A DNA stretch of 63,122 nt from a virus (IMGVR_UViG_3300047561_000302:1-63122); one strand, 5' to 3'; numbered from the stretch's first letter, positions 11,083 through 21,612 are shown. The notes: generated from the letters alone by a model not told the origin. Made by a program: numbers and translations.

Positions 11083-11670
11083 TTACCCTAGTACTTGTAA
11101 AGCTTTATTTATCTTGGCAATACGTTCATCAAGAGCCGTAGTACCACCATTGATTCTTCTTGTCATTGTGCCGTATTCTTGGGCATCTGCAAGTAAATTT
11201 AAACCGTGTTTATTCCAAAACCAACCTGCGCTTAAAGCCGCATATTCGGGAGTAAGTAATAGATCAGGGTTATCAATAAGATCGATACCAAGACCATTTC
11301 CGCACTTCGCATACATCTCCCTACCTGTTAGTTGAATTAAACCTCTGCCTCTATATGTATATCCGTCACCGTCTTCAAGATTGCCCATGCGTCCAGCGTA
11401 TACAAAGTTAGCAAGTTTCTCTGGATTATGTGCATATGGTTCGGCAGCAATAATATAAGGAAAACGGCTAGGCCAGACTTGCATCAGTCTTTGGGCGGTG
11501 TAATTAAGGTTCTCTTGCAAATGAGTAAAGTTAGCGCTTTCAACAGTACACTGACCAATAAACGCTGCTTGACGCTTTGGTGTTGAGATGTCGTACTTTT
11601 GGAAGGTGGCATCTAAAGGCTCCAACCATTTCTCATCTATACCGAGGGCGTGTAGCTGGCTACTTTGCAT
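11083..11670 (-). CDS. Glycoside hydrolase family 19 endolysin
   Basis: AAFIGQCTVES, YRGRGLIQLTGREMY, SAGWFW, TRRINGG motifs. Confidence 0.9.
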   Translation of the reverse strand: MQSSQLHALGIDEKWLEPLDATFQKYDISTPKRQAAFIGQCTVESANFTHLQENLNYTAQRLMQVWPSRFPYIIAAEPYAHNPEKLANFVYAGRMGNLEDGDGYTYRGRGLIQLTGREMYAKCGNGLGIDLIDNPDLLLTPEYAALSAGWFWNKHGLNLLADAQEYGTMTRRINGGTTALDERIAKINKALQVLG

Positions 11671-12079
11671 TAAAGATTCCGATTTGCTCTGACAACCAAC
11701 CCTGCAAACTAACTAGCATTTGCGTAGTTATTGCACATTTTTCAATAAATTTAGGGTCGGTGGGGGTGCCATCAGTTGGGCTGGTGGTGTCGGAAATTGT
11801 GCCTGTTTTATTGGTGTCGGTGAGGCGCAAGCCACCATAAGTCCGCTTAATAAGAGCGATACGATTTTCATAGTCATTTTTTACCTTTTCATTAACTTGT
11901 GCAGCTTCTTTAGCCTTTGATTTGTTAATCATTTCCTGCTCTTTAGCAGCGAGTTCTACCTTAGATACATAAGCGTCATACTTAACAGATTCATATTTAC
12001 CATAGCCAATACCACCAACAGCTGCTAAGGCTAAAGCTGCGTAAATATAAAACTGAATTGGTATAGTTAGCCCAAACAT
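11660..12079 (-). CDS. Rz-like spanin
   Basis: N-terminal TM segment followed by coiled coil; adjacent to endolysin. Confidence 0.55.
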   Translation of the reverse strand: MFGLTIPIQFYIYAALALAAVGGIGYGKYESVKYDAYVSKVELAAKEQEMINKSKAKEAAQVNEKVKNDYENRIALIKRTYGGLRLTDTNKTGTISDTTSPTDGTPTDPKFIEKCAITTQMLVSLQGWLSEQIGIFNAK

Positions 12080-12081
12080 AA

Positions 12082-12633
12082 TTAACTCGCAAACCGAATA
12101 GTGAACGCAAAAGTCGCTGGGAAGTTAGCAATAAAGTCTTTGTTAACTGGGTCGTTAATATAAGCTGGGTCTACTAAAGCACGGATATTATGGCCAAAGT
12201 TAAAACAAATCATTTTGCCAAAGATTGGTTGATAAGAGTTGTACTGCCATAGTCCTTGACCTTCAACACGAATAGTGCCTGGGTTGTTTGCACCACAATC
12301 AATCTTGCCAGCATAAGTCATTCCTTCTGTGCCATGCAAATACTTAACTGCAAATCCGTAGAATGGGTTACGCCACAGCCACTGGACTTTCGACCACCAG
12401 CAAGGGTTATGCTCTGCCCTAAAAGTTTGGTCACCATCTAAGCTGTTATCAGGTGTCTGCCACCAAGAAACAAAAGAAAATAGGCGTGGGCCTGATTCCC
12501 AAATAGTACCGTTGTTACACCAGCCAATTTGGGTGCTGTATAAGATTCCAATAATGAAGGCTAAAGGGTAAGTTAACACTACCCCGATTAGATTAATTGG
12601 TACTAAAACTAAAGCATATATAAGATAGTTCAT
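12082..12633 (-). CDS. Hypothetical membrane protein in lysis cassette
   Basis: 183 aa, hydrophobic N-terminus, TPDNSLDGD and WLWRNP motifs. Confidence 0.55.
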   Translation of the reverse strand: MNYLIYALVLVPINLIGVVLTYPLAFIIGILYSTQIGWCNNGTIWESGPRLFSFVSWWQTPDNSLDGDQTFRAEHNPCWWSKVQWLWRNPFYGFAVKYLHGTEGMTYAGKIDCGANNPGTIRVEGQGLWQYNSYQPIFGKMICFNFGHNIRALVDPAYINDPVNKDFIANFPATFAFTIRFAS

Positions 12634-12836
12634 TCTTTATCCAATGGCAAAGTAGTATAAAACCGTAAAACTGCACAGGTAACACCAATACACATTAAAA
12701 TAATTCCGTAGTACTTAGGGTCAATAACATTCTGCAGATATGAAAAGTTTTCATATACAGCACCTACAACCATTAACGCAAGCGAGAACCACATGGTTCT
12801 AGACTTCGCCATCTGCCTCATAGTTACTTTTTTCAT
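12630..12836 (-). CDS. Putative holin
   Basis: 68 aa, two TM segments, basic N-terminus, upstream of endolysin. Confidence 0.55.
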   Translation of the reverse strand: MKKVTMRQMAKSRTMWFSLALMVVGAVYENFSYLQNVIDPKYYGIILMCIGVTCAVLRFYTTLPLDKE

Positions 12837-12837
12837 A

Positions 12838-13050
12838 TTACCAAGTGATACAAATTACAGGAACCGAGGTTACAGCTACCGCTAGATTCTGTTTAGGATC
12901 AGTTAAATCGGCTCCGCAGTCATCACACTTTAATGCTGCTAGTTCGGATTCAGTAACATCTCTTCCACAGTTTGGGCAGAGTATCTCAATCTTATGAGCA
13001 CAGACAGGATCTTTACCTTCTATATCAACGGCTTGGTTATCAATAATCAT
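12838..13050 (-). CDS. Small zinc-ribbon protein
   Basis: CPNC...CDDC; start moved to ATG 13050 (ATGA overlap). Confidence 0.6.
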   Translation of the reverse strand: MIIDNQAVDIEGKDPVCAHKIEILCPNCGRDVTESELAALKCDDCGADLTDPKQNLAVAVTSVPVICITW

Positions 13051-13427
13051 ACTGAACTCCACTGCTCCGCTGGTTTTACAGGCCATACTGGTTCAGCTAC
13101 TGGATATACCGCCAAAACACGAACAGCACTACGATACGCAGTGAATTCGGCTTGATTTAACAAGTATGGTTGCGACTTAGTTGGATCTGCCACATCAGCA
13201 ATAGTTGTCCAATCTGTTTGTGATAATAATGAAGAAGCTTGCTGTTTACAGGCAGCAAAAGGGGCAGCAAGATCTAACTTAATAATCTCATCATTAACTT
13301 CTTGCTCAGTAGGTTTGGCAATATCAGTGGAAAGCCATTCTAAAGTATTGTAATTATACTTATCTGCAATATTCCACTCCGCCCCAGGGGTTAAAACGTT
13401 TAAAGCATCAATGACTGTTGCGCTCAT
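13047..13427 (-). CDS. Tail fibre assembly chaperone-like protein
   Basis: PGAEW N-terminus; LLSQTDWT...YRSAVR...WPVKP C-terminus; follows a fibre gene. Confidence 0.65.
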   Translation of the reverse strand: MSATVIDALNVLTPGAEWNIADKYNYNTLEWLSTDIAKPTEQEVNDEIIKLDLAAPFAACKQQASSLLSQTDWTTIADVADPTKSQPYLLNQAEFTAYRSAVRVLAVYPVAEPVWPVKPAEQWSSV

Positions 13428-14356
13428 AAAATCTCCAATAAAGTAATAACTGAACCAGTAAGGTCGTTATAAGTACATTGCCCACCCCCTAAAGCGCTAT
13501 AGTACATTTGATAGGTAAGTGGGCTTGTTGTAGTTGGAAAATCTACATAAGAAAATCCACTTCCACTTGTAGTTACAGCTATTAGCACTGCACCGCCAGC
13601 GTTTGGAACTGCTCCAACGCTAATACCTGTAATAGCAGCTGTTTGTGTACCATTACGAAACATTGCTGCTAAAGCATAAGTTTCTGTGCCAAGATATTGC
13701 GGTTGGGCTAATGCCCCAAACCACATTACAATAATTTGGCTTGATGTAGAAGACGGTGTTATAGAGGCTAAATGTCCTGTTGGCTGAAAAGAAGAAGAAC
13801 TAGTAGTCGGTGAGCCAGATGCCGTAGATGAAACTACTTGCCGAATAGTTTTACCAAGTCCTGTAATAGTTCCAGCACTTAATGTTCCCGTTACCGTTAA
13901 ATTACCACCAACAGTTTCATTGCCAGATACAGCCAAATCACCAGTAATATTGTTTACAGATGGGGTTGCATTATAAAAGTCTGTTCCATCACAATAAACT
14001 TGGACATAAGAATTATTGGAAACTGCTATGCCATTACCGCTTGAAGTCTTGATAGTAACGTTAGCACCACTAATATTTCTAATGGTATAAAGTTTTTCTA
14101 CTGCTGGTGCAACTAAATTCTGAGCAGTAATGTTAGTTCCGTTAACCACCAAAACAGCATTACGGGATTCATCTACAGCACCGTCAAATGACGATAATAT
14201 GTATTGGGTATTATTCATGGTAATGGTTTGAACGCCAGTAATAGCTTGTTCTACCAAAGCACCAAAGTTATTATTAGTTGTTACACCCCATGTACCAGAC
14301 TGTTCGCCTTGTCCAATGAGTTCTAGTCTTAGAGTTGTACTGTAAGTTGAGGCCAT
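13424..14356 (-). CDS. Tail fibre / spike protein
   Basis: MASTYS...GEQSGTWG N-terminus; S/T-rich; ITLLEI C-terminus. Confidence 0.6.
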   Translation of the reverse strand: MASTYSTTLRLELIGQGEQSGTWGVTTNNNFGALVEQAITGVQTITMNNTQYILSSFDGAVDESRNAVLVVNGTNITAQNLVAPAVEKLYTIRNISGANVTIKTSSGNGIAVSNNSYVQVYCDGTDFYNATPSVNNITGDLAVSGNETVGGNLTVTGTLSAGTITGLGKTIRQVVSSTASGSPTTSSSSFQPTGHLASITPSSTSSQIIVMWFGALAQPQYLGTETYALAAMFRNGTQTAAITGISVGAVPNAGGAVLIAVTTSGSGFSYVDFPTTTSPLTYQMYYSALGGGQCTYNDLTGSVITLLEIL

Positions 14357-14365
14357 AATTTTCCT

Positions 14366-15496
14366 TTATGCTGCTATTAATTGCCAATCTGTTGTCTGCT
14401 CATCATTTACGTCTGTCCAAGTTGGGGTTACGTCATTTGACTCATACCCATCTAAACCGCCAAATGAAACCGTTCCAAACGGGGCTGCGCCCAACATATT
14501 TCCAGCGCCAAGATATTTAAAGTAAAATACATTTTGCCAATTTGGATTTTGGTCGTCACTAATTTGACCCCAAACTAGCACATTATTTAAAATACCTACA
14601 GCCTGTACGCCTGTTACATAAACTGAAGCAGATCCAGCTATGGTTGCATCACCAATTATACCAACGCCCTGCACACCAGTTACAGATACTTGTATACCTA
14701 CGAATACAGCAACATTACTTACCGCACCTACACCAGTAACACCTGTAACCCGTATATTAGCAGTTCCAGTCTCATCTGTATATCCTAGCTGGCTTACTCC
14801 CTGAACGCCTGTAACGTATACATTGGCATTTGCAGCAGCTGTTGCAGTGCCTAATTGTCCTACGCCTTGAACTCCAGTTACTGAAACGTTTCCTGCAGCA
14901 GTAGTAGTGACAGTGCCAGTTTGCCCATATCCTATAACGCCAGTTAAATTGACGTTTGCAGTACCTGTTACTCTAGCCGTACCAGTCTGGCCTACACCTT
15001 GGACACTTGTTACAAAGACGGGCGTAAGTGTCGCTACGGTAGTTGTGCCTAACTGTGTAACACCTGTTACCCCTGTAAGATAAACATTTGCATTAGCAGC
15101 GGCTACGGCAGTTCCAACCTGGCCTACGGCTTGTACGCCCGTTAAATTTATATTAGCCGCTGCCTGAGTAGTTACTGTTCCAGTAAGACCTACACCCTGT
15201 ACGCCCACAAGGTTTATATTAGCGGTACCCCTTACTGTTGCAGTGCCAAGTTGAGTAACACCTGTTACACCTGTTACATAAGCATTTACAGCGCCATTAT
15301 TACTGCCAATATCACCAAAAGCTGCATCGGCAAATGTACCAAAACCGAATAGACCAGAACTTACTTGATTAGCTACGCCTTGTACAAAAGCTGGGCCAAT
15401 TTGACCCGTGGCTTGTACCCCAGAGACTATCGCATCCGCATTGGGGCTATAGCTGGTAGCAAACGGTACCGCTGCAAAGGCTGATATCCCAAACAT
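14366..15496 (-). CDS. Repetitive virion structural protein
   Basis: About ten ~23-aa repeats of the type ANVxVTGVQGVGQLGT. Confidence 0.6.
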   Translation of the reverse strand: MFGISAFAAVPFATSYSPNADAIVSGVQATGQIGPAFVQGVANQVSSGLFGFGTFADAAFGDIGSNNGAVNAYVTGVTGVTQLGTATVRGTANINLVGVQGVGLTGTVTTQAAANINLTGVQAVGQVGTAVAAANANVYLTGVTGVTQLGTTTVATLTPVFVTSVQGVGQTGTARVTGTANVNLTGVIGYGQTGTVTTTAAGNVSVTGVQGVGQLGTATAAANANVYVTGVQGVSQLGYTDETGTANIRVTGVTGVGAVSNVAVFVGIQVSVTGVQGVGIIGDATIAGSASVYVTGVQAVGILNNVLVWGQISDDQNPNWQNVFYFKYLGAGNMLGAAPFGTVSFGGLDGYESNDVTPTWTDVNDEQTTDWQLIAA

Positions 15497-15511
15497 TTTT
15501 GTCTAGGATAT

Positions 15512-15892
15512 TTAAACTGTTGGTGATGCTACCCAAGATAGGGTTGCTTCGTCCCATAAATATGGGCCACCTGTTGTAGGCATTGGTACTGGAGCTTCCC
15601 AGAGATAGGTAGCGGGGTTTAAAGTCCAACTTGGGTAAGGCTGTGGCGCTGCAAAACCTGTGCCGTCCCATGAATAACCAATACCAGCGTAGTTGTAATT
15701 AAGCGGAGTTCCACCGTCTGGGGTCATTGGTTCAGCAGGGGGGCTAGGGGCGTAATGCACATTCCCATAGGTATTGTATGAAGTTTTAACCCATAAAACT
15801 GGATCGCCAACAACTCCGCTATCAATAAAATCTTGACCTGCAACAATTACATCAGTAACTATCCCATTTTCTACTTTTGCAAAATGACCCAT
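15512..15892 (-). CDS. Tail-fibre-associated small protein
   Basis: MGHFAKVENG, KTSYN, NYAGIGY, PQPYPSW, WEAPVPMP motifs; follows Gly-rich gene; RBS supports ATG 15892. Confidence 0.65.
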   Translation of the reverse strand: MGHFAKVENGIVTDVIVAGQDFIDSGVVGDPVLWVKTSYNTYGNVHYAPSPPAEPMTPDGGTPLNYNYAGIGYSWDGTGFAAPQPYPSWTLNPATYLWEAPVPMPTTGGPYLWDEATLSWVASPTV

Positions 15893-15902
15893 AATTTTTC
15901 CT

Positions 15903-18320
15903 TTAAGCTGTATAAGTTCCGCTACCAACAGTAGTGTAAGTCAAGATTGTATTTGTTCCGCTTGTGGTTACGGTTGGTGATCCTGTGTAAGTACCTGTGT
16001 AACGACTTGTTGGTATTGATAGAATAACAACACCAGAACCACCAGCGCCTGAATTACCAACAGCTCCAGCAGCACCACCACCACCACCAGTATTAGCTGT
16101 TCCAGAAGTAGCAGCAGTAACGCCAGTATTTCCAGCAGTGCCACCACCACCTGATCCACCAGCACCGGGACTTACATTTCCATATCCACCGCCACCGCCA
16201 GCATAGGTTACAGAACTACCAGAAATGCTTGAAGCTGTACCAGCTCCGCCAGCTCCGCCAGCCCCAGCACCCCCAGTTGCGCCTACTGCGCCAGCGCCAC
16301 CTCCACCACCAGCAGCCGTACCTGAGCCAGCACCACCCGCATTACCTTGTAAAGCAGTTCCTGCACCTCCAGCGCCAGAACCTTGACCAGTACCACCGCC
16401 TCCGCTACCACCAGAATTTCCAGCCGTTCCTGAAGTATTACCACCGCCCCCGCCACCGCCAATTGCAGCAGTTAAACCAGTAATTGAGGAGTTAGAACCA
16501 TTGTTTCCGCTAGATGCACTACCAACTCCAGCGCCACCACCACCAACAGCAATGGTATATGTTGTTCCGCTAAAGAAATTTGTTGTGCCAGTTACAAGAC
16601 CACCAGCGCCACCGCCAGCACCAAAACCTGCATAACCGCCAGAACCACCGCCAGCTACTATCAAATATGAAACAGAATAAGGTGGAGCTAAACTTCCACT
16701 ACTTGTAAATGAATGGATAGTATTTCCACCGCTTGAGGTTACAGTACCTCCACCAAATACTTGGCTACCAGCGTATGAAATGATTACTACACCTGAACCC
16801 CCGTTAGAACCAGCTACAGTAGTTCCAGCTCCACCACCGCCACCTGTGTTAGCAGTTCCTGCAGTACCATTTCCAGTATTTGCTCCACCAGCTCCGCCAC
16901 CGCCAGTTCCGCCAGCACCACCTACTCCACTAGCACTTTGACCGCTACCACCACCACCTCCAGCATAGGTAACTGAAGTGCCAGAAATAGAGTTAGCTAA
17001 ACCAGCACCGCCAGCACCGCCAGTTACTGATGAAGTAGTTCCACCAACAGCTCCAGCACCGCCACCACCCGCACCGGGGAAAGCTGGGCCTGCGTTAGCA
17101 GCATTACCGCTTCCGCCCGCATTACCTTGACCACTAGTCGCAGCGCCACCAGCTCCATTGTTATAGTTTCCGCCACCACCAGAACCACCAGCGCCACCGG
17201 GATTTCCGCCTATTGCATTGCTTGCTCCATAACCGCCACCAACAGAAGGCGTAGTTAGTGTGCTAAAACTTGAATTACTACCATTTGTAGCAGCGGTTGA
17301 TGTTCCTACTACTGTTCCAGTACCACCAGCACCTACGGTAACAGTATAAGTTGAGTTTGTATCAAGTATTAAACCAGAACCAGTCTGCATACCGCCAGCA
17401 CCGCCACCTGCACCAGAGTTATAAGCTCCACCACCACCACCACCAGCAACTATTAAATAACTTGCAGTTATAGAATTTAAAGGTTTTAATGTATCGCTTG
17501 ATAAAAATGTGTGGATAGTATTTCCACCAATATATGTTATTACACCGCCACCAAATTTTTGTATACCAGCATAAGAAATAATGACAATGCCTGAACCGCC
17601 AGAACCGCCAGAGCCAGAATTTGCACTACCACCACCACCACCGCCTGTATTAGCGGTACCAGAACCCCCACTTCCATTGTTTACGCCAGCTCCGCCACCA
17701 CCAGTACCACCAGAACCAACTGCGGATCCACCATAAGAAGAACCGCCACCGCCACCAGAATAGTAAGTAGAAGTACCAGAAATTGAATTAGCTAAACCAA
17801 CTCCACCCGAACCTGCTGGACCGCCATTTACTCCTGTTCCACCAACAGCACCTGCTCCACCGCCACCGCCTGAAACAATGTTACCTCCAGAAGCATAACC
17901 ACCGCCACCAGCATTACCTTGGCCTGAAGTTCCAGCACCGCCAGTTCCTATACCGCCATATTCACCCGCACCACCACCAGAGCCACCAGCTTTGCCGTTT
18001 GCAGCACCTGCGCTTGGGTAGCCACCACCACCGCCACCACCAATTGAAGCAGTTAATGCGCCAATAGAAGAATTCGAACCATTTGCCGAACTACTTGAAG
18101 AACTACCTGCACCGCCTGCGCCTACAACAATAGTGTAAGAAGCTGAAGTAGATAAAACGGTTGTTCCTGTTAAATAACCACCTGCACCGCCACCGCCACC
18201 TGTTAGATAACCACCTGCTCCACCGCCAGCAACCTGAAGGTAAGTAGCAGTAACAGAAGCGCCTTGACCAAAACCAAAAGCCGATAAACAAGCTGCGCCA
18301 ATTCTTTTTAATGCTGGCAT
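15903..18320 (-). CDS. Glycine-rich adhesin-like protein with three tandem domains
   Basis: 805 aa; three units from YLxVAGGG to GGSG(I/V)VIxS. Confidence 0.75.
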   Translation of the reverse strand: MPALKRIGAACLSAFGFGQGASVTATYLQVAGGGAGGYLTGGGGGAGGYLTGTTVLSTSASYTIVVGAGGAGSSSSSSANGSNSSIGALTASIGGGGGGGYPSAGAANGKAGGSGGGAGEYGGIGTGGAGTSGQGNAGGGGYASGGNIVSGGGGGAGAVGGTGVNGGPAGSGGVGLANSISGTSTYYSGGGGGSSYGGSAVGSGGTGGGGAGVNNGSGGSGTANTGGGGGGSANSGSGGSGGSGIVIISYAGIQKFGGGVITYIGGNTIHTFLSSDTLKPLNSITASYLIVAGGGGGGAYNSGAGGGAGGMQTGSGLILDTNSTYTVTVGAGGTGTVVGTSTAATNGSNSSFSTLTTPSVGGGYGASNAIGGNPGGAGGSGGGGNYNNGAGGAATSGQGNAGGSGNAANAGPAFPGAGGGGAGAVGGTTSSVTGGAGGAGLANSISGTSVTYAGGGGGSGQSASGVGGAGGTGGGGAGGANTGNGTAGTANTGGGGGAGTTVAGSNGGSGVVIISYAGSQVFGGGTVTSSGGNTIHSFTSSGSLAPPYSVSYLIVAGGGSGGYAGFGAGGGAGGLVTGTTNFFSGTTYTIAVGGGGAGVGSASSGNNGSNSSITGLTAAIGGGGGGGNTSGTAGNSGGSGGGGTGQGSGAGGAGTALQGNAGGAGSGTAAGGGGGAGAVGATGGAGAGGAGGAGTASSISGSSVTYAGGGGGYGNVSPGAGGSGGGGTAGNTGVTAATSGTANTGGGGGAAGAVGNSGAGGSGVVILSIPTSRYTGTYTGSPTVTTSGTNTILTYTTVGSGTYTA

Positions 18321-18329
18321 TGAAAATCC

Positions 18330-19475
18330 TTAGGCAAATTTAGTAATTGAGGCAAGTACTGTATAGGTCGGGGCTGTTGAAGTCTTAGTTATTACATAGT
18401 TATACACATCGACTGCAGCCGTATCTCCAGAAGTTGGCGCTGTACCGCCTTGCCATTTAGGAGTAACAGTAGAGCCGTCAATCTGAACTAAAGAATTGTA
18501 ATAAGCAGTAGCACCCTGAGTAGCCAGCAAACTACAAGTAATTGTCTGATTATTTGCAAGAGTATTGGCTAAAGTAAATGTACTAGAACCACGGAAGTTT
18601 ACCGTCCAATTAGCCGTTGCATTGGCTGTAGAGTAATAAACCGATTGCGTGTTTACATCAAAGTTAATTGTACTTGCAGCGCCTGTACCAGATACGGTAG
18701 TGGGTTCTACGATATTAACTGTATTAAACGCAGTAGAAGTTGCGTTACCAGAGAACGTTGCAAGATTGGCAGTTACAGTAGTAAACGAACCTGTATTGGC
18801 TGTTGTAGCACCAATAGTCATGTTATTAAGAGTGCCACCTGTAAAGGCAACGCTGTTAATTGTTCCACCAGTAATAACTACAGTAGTAGCATTTTGAGTA
18901 GACATTGTACCCAAGCCACCATATGTAACGTTAGTAAGCGAAACGTTGTTGATTGTTCCACCAGTAATTGTTACGTTACCAGATGTAATACCTGTCCCTG
19001 AAATTGTTCCGCCAGTAACTGTAATTGCATTGGCGTTTTGAGTCGCCATAGTACCAAGACCAGAAACGTTTGCAGCTGGAATGGTAATGCCAGAAATTGT
19101 ACCGCCCGTAATTAATACGTTAGCAGAAGCAAAGTTGGTAATTGTAGTTACATTATTTGCATCTAAATAAACAGCTTTTTCAGCAGGATAAGTTACAAAT
19201 ACTGATTTAGTTCCTGCGCCAAAGTTAACTACTGCATTGGCATTACTAGATGCAAGAATGGTTGTACGAGCTAAAGATACGTTACCAGTATAGTAAGTGC
19301 CAATACCTACTTCCCAGTTAGAACCCGATTGGTCCGCAATGGTGTAGTAAGTTGTATTAGTATTCCCAACGACAGCAAAAGACTGATAACCTGTTACGGC
19401 TCCAGCCAGCGTAATAGTTCCCGTACCTGTTGAGGTACTAGTCTCTTGGACTCGATCACTTAATACTAAAGCCAT
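18330..19475 (-). CDS. Tail fibre protein
   Basis: MALVLSDRVQETS...WEVGIGTY anchor, GLGTM(A/S)TQNA and ITGGTI repeats, KWQGGTAPT tip. Confidence 0.7.
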   Translation of the reverse strand: MALVLSDRVQETSTSTGTGTITLAGAVTGYQSFAVVGNTNTTYYTIADQSGSNWEVGIGTYYTGNVSLARTTILASSNANAVVNFGAGTKSVFVTYPAEKAVYLDANNVTTITNFASANVLITGGTISGITIPAANVSGLGTMATQNANAITVTGGTISGTGITSGNVTITGGTINNVSLTNVTYGGLGTMSTQNATTVVITGGTINSVAFTGGTLNNMTIGATTANTGSFTTVTANLATFSGNATSTAFNTVNIVEPTTVSGTGAASTINFDVNTQSVYYSTANATANWTVNFRGSSTFTLANTLANNQTITCSLLATQGATAYYNSLVQIDGSTVTPKWQGGTAPTSGDTAAVDVYNYVITKTSTAPTYTVLASITKFA

Positions 19476-19485
19476 GTCAGGCTCC

Positions 19486-19920
19486 TTATGCTATACGAAT
19501 AATAGCGTTTTGATAATCAGCGGTAGGAAATATAACAGTAAAAGTACCGTTAGTAGCAGTTTTATCGCCACCAAATGACAGTGATGCCACAGCGGTATTT
19601 GCAGTACTGTTATAAATCAAAGCGCCAGCAGCAGTAATGTTTGCATTTGTCCATGAGCTATTTGAAAACGACATAAATGCTACGTTACCAGTGTTAGTTG
19701 GGCTTGTGCTAACTGCTAAAGTGTTGCCACCTGCAGTGTAGTTTGATCCAGAACTAGATACTTCATTAAGACTTGTATAGTTTGCCGTTCCATTGCTTAA
19801 AGATGCTGAACTTGTATATAAAGCAATCTTATATGTTGTAGTTGCACCCGAAATTAAGTTTTGCTGACCACTAAGGATTTGAACCTTAAAGTTGTCACAC
19901 ATTCCTTGAGTAATTGCCAT
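19486..19920 (-). CDS. Virion structural protein
   Basis: 144 aa; KIALYTS, GALIYN, FGGDKT motifs; in tail module. Confidence 0.6.
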   Translation of the reverse strand: MAITQGMCDNFKVQILSGQQNLISGATTTYKIALYTSSASLSNGTANYTSLNEVSSSGSNYTAGGNTLAVSTSPTNTGNVAFMSFSNSSWTNANITAAGALIYNSTANTAVASLSFGGDKTATNGTFTVIFPTADYQNAIIRIA

Positions 19921-19940
19921 TTTTTGCTCCTAGTAAAAGT

Positions 19941-20630
19941 TTAAGGATTAACCTTGATTTTTGCTTGTCCGTCCCTGTACGCATCCCCACGCTCAAGGCC
20001 AGTTCCCAAACGATTCAACTGCTGTAATGCCTCATTGTACTTGGTGTTGTACGCTAATAGCATATCTGTTTCACCCTTCATGTAGGTATAAGCCTCAACC
20101 AAAGAACCATAAAGAAGAACAGGGCTGTAATTATCACCAAGCCATGAAGAACCAGCGGTAACAATGGATTCTGGGTAATAAAAGTAGTGTAATTCGATAG
20201 TATATGCAGAATCTGGGGATGGCCCTAACATAAAGCTCAATTCATTAGGATCATTTAACCGTGAACCAAACAAAGCATAGTATTTTGGCATCCCTTTGGC
20301 AGTCGGATCTGGGTAGGCTTGGCGAATATAGTTAACATCTTTGTTAAGCAAATACTCATATATGCCAGTAGCATCAATAACAGCCATTGAAAATGTAGAT
20401 AAATAGTCGTTTGGGCAGCCAAGATATGGCGTTGATGGAGAACAGTTTCCAGTAACATTCTTTCGCAAAGAGGGAATTTGCACTGTATTGTAAATACGTG
20501 CTTCCGCTTGCTGGATAAAAGTATTAATCTGCGTTGTAGCAGTTATAGCACTTCCATTAGCAAGATACGTATCTGGAAATATGTTTTCCGTATACGTCTG
20601 AATCTGAGCGAAAAGGGTGTTGTAATCCAT
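19941..20630 (-). CDS. Head-tail adaptor / tail tubular protein A-like
   Basis: FIQQAEARI, GMPKYYA, LLYGSLVEAY motifs. Confidence 0.6.
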   Translation of the reverse strand: MDYNTLFAQIQTYTENIFPDTYLANGSAITATTQINTFIQQAEARIYNTVQIPSLRKNVTGNCSPSTPYLGCPNDYLSTFSMAVIDATGIYEYLLNKDVNYIRQAYPDPTAKGMPKYYALFGSRLNDPNELSFMLGPSPDSAYTIELHYFYYPESIVTAGSSWLGDNYSPVLLYGSLVEAYTYMKGETDMLLAYNTKYNEALQQLNRLGTGLERGDAYRDGQAKIKVNP

Positions 20631-20977
20631 TATGCCATTGGGCCTCTAGACTTAATACCTTTTGTTGCAGCGCCATAACCACGCATATCAACACCTTCAG
20701 TCTTAGGGCCACGGGTCTTGTTGCTGATTGAAACAGTCATAGCTGGCATCCCACCAGGAGTATGCTCATCAGCTCTCATGGTATTTGGGTTGGTAGCGTA
20801 TTGAATATCAGCGCTTTTATCGTTTGGCTTTGGCTGTGCATAAACACCAATATCCCGATCAGTACCAGTACTTTGGGGAAACTTATAAGTCCAAGTGCTT
20901 GCGTCTTTAGCTTCTTTAGCATGACCAAGCGGGAATTTACCCCCTGGAGTAGCCTTAACTGTCTTATTCGTAGCCAT
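20630..20977 (-). CDS. Small hypothetical virion protein
   Basis: 115 aa; MRGYGAATKG..SRGPMA C-terminus; coupled to neighbours. Confidence 0.6.
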   Translation of the reverse strand: MATNKTVKATPGGKFPLGHAKEAKDASTWTYKFPQSTGTDRDIGVYAQPKPNDKSADIQYATNPNTMRADEHTPGGMPAMTVSISNKTRGPKTEGVDMRGYGAATKGIKSRGPMA

Positions 20978-21174
20978 TATCGACCTCTTCCTGCAGATTT
21001 TTGCAACATAGCACGAGCCATATTACGACCAACAGCCTTCATAGAATTACCTAGTTTCTGTGGTCCCTTTTTTGGGCCTTTTTCAATTCCTACGGATGGG
21101 CCTGAATCACCAAGGTTAGTACCCTTAGTTTTACCTGTTTTTGTTACTCCGTCTGCTGCTTTTCTGAATGTCAT
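20977..21174 (-). CDS. Small basic protein
   Basis: 65 aa; ADGVTKTGKTKG motif also seen in 23262..23909; GGAG RBS. Confidence 0.65.
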   Translation of the reverse strand: MTFRKAADGVTKTGKTKGTNLGDSGPSVGIEKGPKKGPQKLGNSMKAVGRNMARAMLQKSAGRGR

Positions 21175-21183
21175 AATTTACTC

Positions 21184-21612
21184 CTAAGTTATACTAACCG
21201 TTACTGTACCAAGTTGTGTGCTACCTATCAAGTCATTTGGCGTTAAAGCATTGTCAAATAATCTAGAACCACCTACAGGGTTCCAGCCCCACTGAAATAC
21301 TCTACTACCCATATCCTGCGTACCCAATCCATTTGGACCAGTGCCGCCATTTAAACTAATCTGTAAACCATTTGTTCCCGAAGCTAAATAACTAACATCA
21401 GGCCTTGGGTCTCTTACTGCTTGCGGGTCATTCACTGGATACATACCCAGTTGTAACTGAGGCTGGTCAGGGTCCCAGCAAGTAGGGCATACCTTTATTT
21501 TAAATGGTTTTGTCTTTACCGTCTGTGTCTTTAGTTCCTTTAGCTTATATCTCTGGGCGCATCGATCACATTCGGCAATGGCGTGTTTGCCAGATGCAAA
21601 TTGATTAGGCAT
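21184..21612 (-). CDS. Conserved CxxC-CxxC protein of head-tail module
   Basis: ECDRC, VCPTCWDPDQPQL, DPQAVRDPRPD motifs. Confidence 0.65.
   Translation of the reverse strand: MPNQFASGKHAIAECDRCAQRYKLKELKTQTVKTKPFKIKVCPTCWDPDQPQLQLGMYPVNDPQAVRDPRPDVSYLASGTNGLQISLNGGTGPNGLGTQDMGSRVFQWGWNPVGGSRLFDNALTPNDLIGSTQLGTVTVSIT

Noticed and set aside
14700-18300. Repetitive sequence as CRISPR array or DGR template/variable repeats
   Set aside because: Repeats are degenerate and codon-phased within proteins; no identical repeat-spacer pattern and no reverse transcriptase.
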